In this document: piece by piece, positions 19,801 to 28,800 of the stretch
Layout: every line of letters starts with the position of its first letter
How positions within the stretch are numbered: position 1 is the first letter of the stretch
Made by a program: the position numbers and the translations under genes
Notes under the pieces: generated by a model
The model's database searches: none
Seen by the model: the letters and a program-made list of their open reading frames with translations, nothing else
Told to the model about the DNA's origin: nothing
Origin: a virus
Taxonomy: Duplodnaviria; Caudoviricetes
Strand: one strand, 5' to 3'
Length of the DNA: 64,000 bases
IMG/VR virus record: IMGVR_UViG_3300037477_000009
Coordinates: 1 to 64,000 of that record

Positions 19801-22800
19801 TCAGCTACACCAAGTATTCTTGCAGCAAGATCATTGTACTGATAGATGTCCTCAACATTGGATGGACTGATGCGCAAGAAATCCTGGATCACCTGGTTAG
19901 TTGTTGCGCTATTGCGATCCTTCCTGTTCTTGATCGTGCTTCTTATTTTTTTCTTGTATGCATTTGCGCCTTGCAAATGTTTATCGTACTCCACATCATC
20001 AAGCACCTTCTCCAGATAGTCAGTATACTTCAGCATACTGTACGGACTTCTTACGTCATTGAGTTTACTCACTACTGTTTTCAGCAGGTTTGCCTTTACA
20101 ACACCAGTAAATACTTTGCGATCCTCCGCATCCTTCAGCATTGCAGTGATCTCTTTGTGTATCTCTTCTTTTACTGCATCAACTTTTTTCGCATTGCTTG
20201 CACCTGTTCCTTGCAGTTGACCTTTTACTTTTGCTCTGATGTCATTAAGTTTCTGCTGGAGAACTGCATCACGAACACCACCACCTTTACTGAATTTAGC
20301 CTGGCCGCTTTGTACCTGTGCTATTACATCAGCAGTTATATTTATTGAATGCTGCCTTGAGTTGTTGTTGTACACAGTTCGCATAGCATCCATAGCCTCT
20401 GCCTTACTTTTAAATCTTCCTTGCACCTGCCCATTCATTTTTGCTATCACCCAATTCCTACCATACCCATCAGGCGCAGTTTCGTAAACATTAAGTTTCC
20501 CTCCCAACTGAATTTCAGTTGTTCCTGTTTCCTGACCAACAAGTTTACTTGCTGCACCACCAAGCATACCTGGCTTGCCTTCTGCTGGCACTCCATAGAA
20601 ACCTTCCATTCCTTCTTTGCGTGGCAGTGATGTGCCTTCATCTTCAGTCTGCATTCTTTTCCAAATGCGATCAGTGAGTTTATTTAATTCATCCGTATTA
20701 TGACTCCTGGATAGATTACGATCCACTGCTTCAAACAACTCATCTCTTGTCGTTATACGGATACCCTCTTCTTCCAGTCTGTTTGTTCTTAACGCATCTT
20801 CATTACCTTCAAACGCATCAGCATCTGTCTGTTCATTTATAGCAACTGTCCACTCACCAGGTGCTGGCGATACTTCTATATCTTCTGGCTTTATTTTCCA
20901 TTCGGCAGCGATACGCTTGATATCAGACTCTGTAACTTCACGATCATACCATCCCAAATCTCTGTGCCTTGTGCCTCTTGCAGAGCGTGGTGCTTCCACA
21001 CCTTCTTTCACCTTGATCTTATATCCTTTTGGCTTCATCCTGGTATTCCAATGAATTTCTTCTGATCCCCATCTATTGAATTGTTGCGTACCAGTTGTCC
21101 ATGCAAGTTTATCTACTCCTTGCTTCACTGCTTCCTTCAGTGCTATCTTTAATGCAAGTTTCACCCAATGAGATGTCTCGGTTACATATGGCGCAGGAAC
21201 AATTTGCGATGTAGGCTTTTCATCTTCCCGAAGTTGATTCACAAAGGCAAGCCTTCGATCCCTTGTTTGGTACATCTTATCATGCGCTACCTGCAATTCT
21301 TTATTACCAGCCTTTAGTTCACTGGCAATATTCGTAACCTTGCCTGTTTCTCTTATCTCACGCATCATCTTATTCACTACACCTTCAGCCTTGCGCTCTG
21401 CTTTCCACAACTCTTCAATTTTTTCATTTATCGCTGCTTTCTCTTCGGCTGTCTTTTTTACTTTCGGTTTCAAGAAACCTTCCTTCCTACCTGATTGCGC
21501 CCAATCACTTTGCACCTCTTCCAGAAACAGAATCTTTTTACCATTGGCATCAGTGCGTGTACTCATGCGCAGGTGAAGCACCAGGTTTGGCTCACCTCTA
21601 AAGTGTGGTGGCCTGTATTGTAATTTATCTCCTTCCTCTTCTTTTTCCATTAGTGCTTTCAACTCTTTGTCCTCTGCCACTGTTCGCCTTGTAGTAGGTA
21701 TGTTCAATAAATCCTGCATCCTTGTGCCTTCTTCATTGGTCAGTGATGGCTTCACTGGCAGCGTTACCAGTATCTCCTTATAATCCTCCTTCTCTCCTGG
21801 TAATTGATATTGCGAATAATGTGTATTAGTATCGGTATCATTGATGCTTGCTGGATAGTTAATAGCACCAGTTTCTATTTGCAGTCTTGAATTAATAGCA
21901 TCTCCATCATCATCTATCAATGTAAACCCTGCATCAAACGCAGCAAGTGCTTCTCGTTCATTTTGCACAGATGGCATTTCCAGATCACTCAACTCTTTTT
22001 CCTTTATTGTGATTGGATTCTCTTTAAGAAATTTTCTTATCTCATCCCTTGTCACACTTCCTTGTTGTGCAGATAACCAGGCAGTGAGTCCAGTCCATTT
22101 TGCTTCTTCCTTGTTGCCAAGTTTTTCCATCCAGTGTTTCACTGGCTGCTTATCAACTTTCGATTCCAGTAATGTTTGTTCAAGTGGTGAATAGAAACCA
22201 TTCACCACATCAGCCATGATTGATTTACCTGGTGCTGCTTCACCTTTGCTGAACTTCGCTTGTGACACTGGCTCTCGATACATACTTTCCTTCGTAGAAA
22301 AATCTTTATTCTTTCCTTTGTTCTCTACGAAACCAAACCGCTTATAGAATTCAGTAAGCCTTGCAACAGATGTTCCACCGAAGTCGGTTGATGGAGTTGC
22401 AACAATGCGCTTATTATTTTCATCAGCATACTCAGTAATATCTTGCATGGCCGCAGTACCAACACCAGTGCCTCTGTCTGATTTAGGAACTTCTATTCTG
22501 GACAACGTAAGATCGCCTTTATCCAAACTTCCTATTAGATCAACTATGATACCATGCTCTGCTTCCAATGACTTTGAAAACTCAGATGGTGATTCGCCTT
22601 TACTATACTTTCCTTTTGATTCAACCAATGGCTTCCATCCTTCACTTGTTTTTATTTCAATTTTTGCAGGGTTTATAGTTTCTCTGATAAAGTCATCAAC
22701 ATCGGCCTCTGTGCCAGATACCTCCGATGAAGGAAATCTCAAAAGAACATCACCATATTTTGAACTTTTAGGTTCTTCACTCATCACATATGTTCTTCCA

Positions 22801-25800
22801 CTGACATCCTCTATAGGTATGCCGAGTTCGTTTAACTCATCCTCAGACAACTCAGTCACATCAACATACTCACCATCTCTTCCTATCACCATTGACGATA
22901 TCATTCCCTCATCATCCACTAAGGATTGTCCTAATGAAGTTGGCTGTAACCCTGTTTCGGTTATTGATCCAATATGTTCTTTTTGAGTTTCGTGATACAG
23001 GTAGTCTCCTGCTTTTTCCATAGCAGCCTGATCTCCCTTACTGAACTTCGGTTTTGCTTGTTGAGTAGAAGAAAATAATTCAGCAGCAAGTTTTGCAGCG
23101 TTCTCAATTATTGGTTTTGATTTATCATACTCAACACCACTTTCTTTTTGTTTTGAAAGCCAGCCGAACATTGCATTAAAGAGATCACGCATCAGGTCAA
23201 CGAAACTGGTTGCCTTTGAATCACGAATCGCTTTACTTGTTTTGCGGATGTCATCCAGGTTATCAGCAAATACATCACTGGCATACTCACGAAACTTTGG
23301 ATTGATATTCAGTTCTGCCATGAACTCACTGAAATTATCCAAGCCTTGATTAAGGTCTGATCTATGCAGGAAGCCTGGCTTACCTTTCTTCGCAGCGATG
23401 TACTCATACATATCTTGCAGTGCATTGTATGCAGTAGTTCCTTTTGCTTTCTCTGCTGCTGCACTATCAATGGTAAGGAAGTGCCTGAACTCATGCATCC
23501 CATTGTAGTACGAATCACCAATGTCCTGCACTTGCAGCAGACCACCTTTCTTACCACCGAGTGGATGATATAGTCCACCATACTCACCGCCTGGTACTTT
23601 CTCCAGATCGGCATACGCATCAAGTCTTATGATATTAAAGTTCGGATCAGCCTTGATCATCTTCAGCATATCGGTATACTCACCATCGTGCGCTATAAGT
23701 TTATCGATGAAGTCTGTTGCAGTATCACCTTCCTTAACACCAAGTTGTTTCAGTGTTGCTGGCTTACTACTTAAACTGAACTTTGCCTTTGCCTCTTTTT
23801 CTTTCTTCGTCATTTTCGCTTCCTTCTTTGCATCATCTTCTTCCTGGCCTTCATACTTTGCATCTGAATCGATGTGATCTGCAAACCGGATCACCTTAGA
23901 ATTACTAATGGTCGGGAACACTTTCATAAAGTCCTTGCGCTTCACGATCTCATTTGTTTCCAGATCAACTGTGTGTGCCTTCCAGTTCAATCTGTCTTGC
24001 AGTATATGTAACCTAACCTTCGCATTCTTATCAGTGCCACGAATTACCCATTCGTATGAATCATGCTGGCCAGGTATCTTGATGTGTTCAACAGGTGAGT
24101 CAAGTTCAAGCACTGCGTACACTTGCTGCGATTCTGTATTGCGTAGCAGTGGCTCATTGAGTACAGCAGCAAAACCTTCCCGTAATTTTGTTGCTGACAA
24201 TCCGCCGCTTTTTAATTTGGTATCACCAACCTCTTCAAAGAAGGCAACCATTTGGAGTGCCGCCTCTTCATCAGTTACGGCTTCGGCTATTTGATCAAAT
24301 ATGTAATCATTCACTTCTGTGCGCTCCGGAAACGTGCTTACATTCAGATCATACCAACTTTCCATAATAGTATGCATCTCTTCCAATGGTGTGCTGGCAG
24401 GTATCACTGGTAAGTTCTTTGGCTCTTTAATGGCTTTCACCAATCCTTCATCACTCGTTCTGCCATCATATTTTTTATCTCCAGCCTCCGCAAGTCTTTT
24501 TCCAGCAGCCTTGCGATCATCTCTCAATTGATTTAATGCTCTGCTTATCGATGTCACTACTTGCTTTTCTGACAAGTGCATCTTCTCATCAAATGCTTTT
24601 GATGTTAAGATGCGAAGCATACCTGTTGATCCTGCCGAAGAGTTTAATACTTTATGCGTAGTTGCTGATACCAGTGCCATCCTTACTGTACCATTTTCGC
24701 TTTCGCCTCTCTTCTTACTCAACTTCATTTGTGCATTAAGAAGATTTGCAAATTGCGCTGCTGCTGATTCAGTTGTTGCTGCCCAAAAATTTCCTTCAGG
24801 ATGGAACTTGATCACATAAAATATTCCACCACTTCCTTCCATCAACACTTCACCATTCTTAAGCAACCTTCCAGTGAATGCATGATCAGGCATTGTAAGC
24901 ACTGCTGTCTTGCTTGCAAAATTTGACAGTGTTTTATCTTCAGTTACAAATCCATCCTTTTTTAACTGAGCAAATTCTTCAGAGTCCTTCGCCAACTCAT
25001 ATGTCAATCCATGTGCAGGATCATGCACATTATCAATTGAGAATTTACCTCTTGGCTTTCCGTTTGATCCAAGTAGCGCAGGTGCAAATGCGATCTGCCT
25101 TCCATTGTGAATAGCATCAGAAAACTTTTGTGCTATTTCATAGATGCCATCATTTTCGCTGAACTCAATATTCGTAGGCAACCTGAACTTCAAGCCTGTC
25201 ATCCCAATGATCCTGTTGATCAGGTCTTTTATTTTATTAACAGTAGACTTTGATAGTTTGTCGAGATTGATCTCACGATTTCCAACAAGTGCCAGGAACT
25301 GAACAACAGTTTCTTCATGCACCTTTGCTTCACCCTGATCTTCATATTTCAATCCATGCCTTATCGCTTCTTCAATGCCTGGTACATCATCAAGCATCTT
25401 AACTACATCCTCATACATTCCCTTGATAATCTCAGGTGAATCTTTTGTGAGTGCAGTGAGAAGCGGATGTGCGCCTTCATGGAATATTGTTTCACTGGTT
25501 GCTTTTGTTAGATTGATGTGTATTTGATTCGTGCCATCTTTACTAATGTAAAATCCCTGAGACAGTGATTCTTCTTTTGTACCATCGGCCTGATTCACTA
25601 CACCATCCGTATACGATGCCTGGCTGTAGTGTGCAGTCACAGTAAGATTAGGCATTCTCTTGCTCCATGCTTTTATAATACTTGCTACACCATCAAGGAA
25701 TCCACCGAATACACCACCATGCTTCTCAGCAGCCTTCCTTAGTTTGGCAATATCTTTTCCAGAGAACGTAACTGATGGCTGTGTTTTATTTGTGCCTGGA

Positions 25801-28800
25801 GGTTTCAACCATTCATCACCTGCCATTGGTGCAGATTCTTTTTCGGTTTCGGTTTCAGGCTTTTGCCATTTTTCCCTAATCTCTTTCTCTGCTTCTTCAA
25901 TAGTCATCTTTCCAGAAGGATCGGTATCCGCATATGTTTCTGCTTCCGCTAATGCTTCTTTTAATGTTGGCTTCTGTAATATCTCGCTGCGAATTTGTGC
26001 AGGTGAAATCTCTTTTACTTTGCCAGATTCAGATTCTTTTTCAGTCTCCTTATCTTTTTCCTTTTGTGGCTCAGGTTTTTTTTCAGTTTCCTTCTCAGTT
26101 TCTTTTTCTGTTTCAGGTGCTTTCTCCTTCTCGGTTTCTTTCTCAGACTCCTTTTCTTTTTCAGTTTCTGTTGCAGGTGCTGGCTTTTCAACAATTGGAT
26201 TTGGTACTTCCATCTCCACTTCTCTTTCTACTTCATCATACACTTCATTGAATGCACCATCAGCAATTTCACCCATTGCATCAACGTGCATCTTTATCGC
26301 CAGGTCAAGTGCTAACTCAGGATTTTCTATAGTGATCAGCTTACCATCTCTTGTTTGTACAGTAACAGATTTCACATTTCCATTTTCATCCAGTGTAACA
26401 GGACTCTCATCGCCATCAGGTAATTTCAGATCACGATCATTGATCGCCTTCTCACCAACAGCAGCAACTTTATTTCCCTTGCCATCAATAACAAAGTAAT
26501 GGCCATCCTCAACCTTCAGGACTCCTGTTGCTTTTGTTCCATTGGGGAGAGTGACTGTGACTCTTGATCCTGTTGCTTGTTGGAGCGCAGGTTCGACTTT
26601 GATCTTAGTTTTGTTAGTACGGCCAGTTGGTACTTTTTCGGTAACCTTGCCAGTTTTAGTTGTTGTCGTAAATTCATAATTCTGTATTTTTTCTATTAGC
26701 GGTTCTATCAAGTGTGCCGCATTTGGATTTTTTTCTAACGCATCGTACAGTTCATTCTCTGCTGCTTTTAACTCATGCTCGTTTATATATTCAGCATTGT
26801 TCACTCTGTCAACCACACCTTGTGTTGTATCGCTGACCTTGTGAGTAGGATCATACCATACCTGCCCTACTTTTGTTTTCGCACCAGGTGCTGTTGCCTG
26901 TTGTGCAGGTGCTGCTTGCGTTTTAGGTGCAGGATATTTTGAATTAATCTCATTCCACTTTTCCAACTTCGCTTCGCTATTTGCCAGTGCTTGCTTCGCC
27001 ATTTCGTTACCAGGATCATGCAGCAAGGTTTCCTTCGCAAACTTTACATTGTTCTCAAAGAATTTTTTTGGATTGGCAAGAAACTCTTGCGCCTGTTTGA
27101 CCTTCCACTTGGAATCGCTATTCAAATCTTCATAATAACTATCAAAGTCAAACGCATCTTGCAGTTCTTTATCTCTTTTAGCTGCAAGCATCTCAGGTGT
27201 AACACCCTGTTCTTTTTCATCTTTGTTCGGTATTGGCATTGGTAAACGAGTGATCACTTCAGAACCTTTTTCTCTTGCTGCCTTTCTTGCTGCCCTTGCT
27301 TCCTTCAATTCTTTATCGGTCTGCTCAAGTATTTCCTGAGACTTCCCTCTCTTACCGAATGTGTGTAATTGAAAATTTCCTTTCTTATACTCATCAAGGA
27401 ACTTCGGATTCTGCAATGCTGCTTCTGATTCACTCACTGATAAAACATATTGTTCGCCACTCGGATAAGTAAGAACAACATAATCACCTTTACCTTCTTT
27501 AACGAACTTCACCATGTTGTCACCGATCTCTTTCGCTTTTTCTTCTGCTGCTTGTTTTAATCCAGGATCAGTTTGTGCTGCTGCCTGGCGAAGTGCATCT
27601 TGTTTTTGGAATGCCATTGAAGCATAGACTTTTTGCTGACCAGGTGTAAGTCCATATTTTTTCCCATTGGTTATTAATTGCTCTGAATGCTTCAGTGTGG
27701 CGGCCATTGATTCTGCTTCCTCCTGATTGATCACGCCACCACCAAACAGATGTGCAACGTATGCCTCTGCAAATGATTTTCCTCTGCGCTGCATGATGTC
27801 GAATACGAATTGATCTCTCTGACCAGGCGCAACATTTTTGAAATCATTCTTCAGCATAAATGTTTTCACCTGCTTCTCAGTTTCCGCTTCCTCTCTCATG
27901 TGAGTCATCAAGTGACCACCACTTCCCATTAAAAACATTGGTGCAATATTCATCAGTGTGTGTTCTGCCCGATCCCAAGTCATAAGTTTGTAACCTTCCT
28001 GATATGGCTGGTCATTTCTTATTGCTTGTTCAAATACATCCTGATGAAACTCTTGCGGAAACTCACCGACTAGTTCTTCTATACCACCCCAAAACAATCT
28101 CTTTCCAAGTGATCCGGTAGTTAATCTGGCTGCTCTTGCTGATATATTTGCAATCTGTTCTGCTTTTAAAAATGGTGCGCCTTCAAGCATATATGCCCAC
28201 ATCAAATTAACCTGGCTATCGAATGTTCGCTTACCTGCTCTGTTTGCTTTTAATGCATCACCGCCACTCTCAGCGAAAATATCATCACGCATTCTTACTG
28301 CCATGTCACCTGTCTCCACCATCCATGCTGTAAGACCACCAGCTACTGCTGTCAACGCTGCTGGCGCACCCATACCACCAGTAGCGAATGTTACTGCTGC
28401 CGTTGCTGCCATACTTGGTAGCATAAAGCCTGCGATATTACCTGTTGCCTTTGCGAGTTTATTCAGATCAAGATAATCTCTCCAGGAATTCAATTCAGTC
28501 CTACCAGTCTGAATTGAATTCGCAAAATAATCTGCTGCCACTACACCAGTATCAAAATTTAAATTTGATGACCATGATCTTACAACACCAGCCATTGACT
28601 TGGCTGTTTGCCTGAATAAGTTTAGTGAAGGATTATAGGCAACACTATCCAATGCGTCTCTGAAATCCTTACCACCTGTATCAACATCTTTTAATGCCTG
28701 GCCATACACCTTCTGTATTTTTGCTTGCAGTTCAGGACTCGGCTGGAACTTATATTTTTTTTGCGCCTCTGCTAATTCTGCCCTTCCCACCTTTTCGATC

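Noticed and set aside
25660-26499. 279-aa plus-strand ORF, and similar antisense ORFs such as 12110-12457, 19189-19731, 22405-22986 and 31156-31758
   Set aside because: These are shadow frames of long minus-strand genes; the S/F-rich content mirrors E/K codons on the coding strand.
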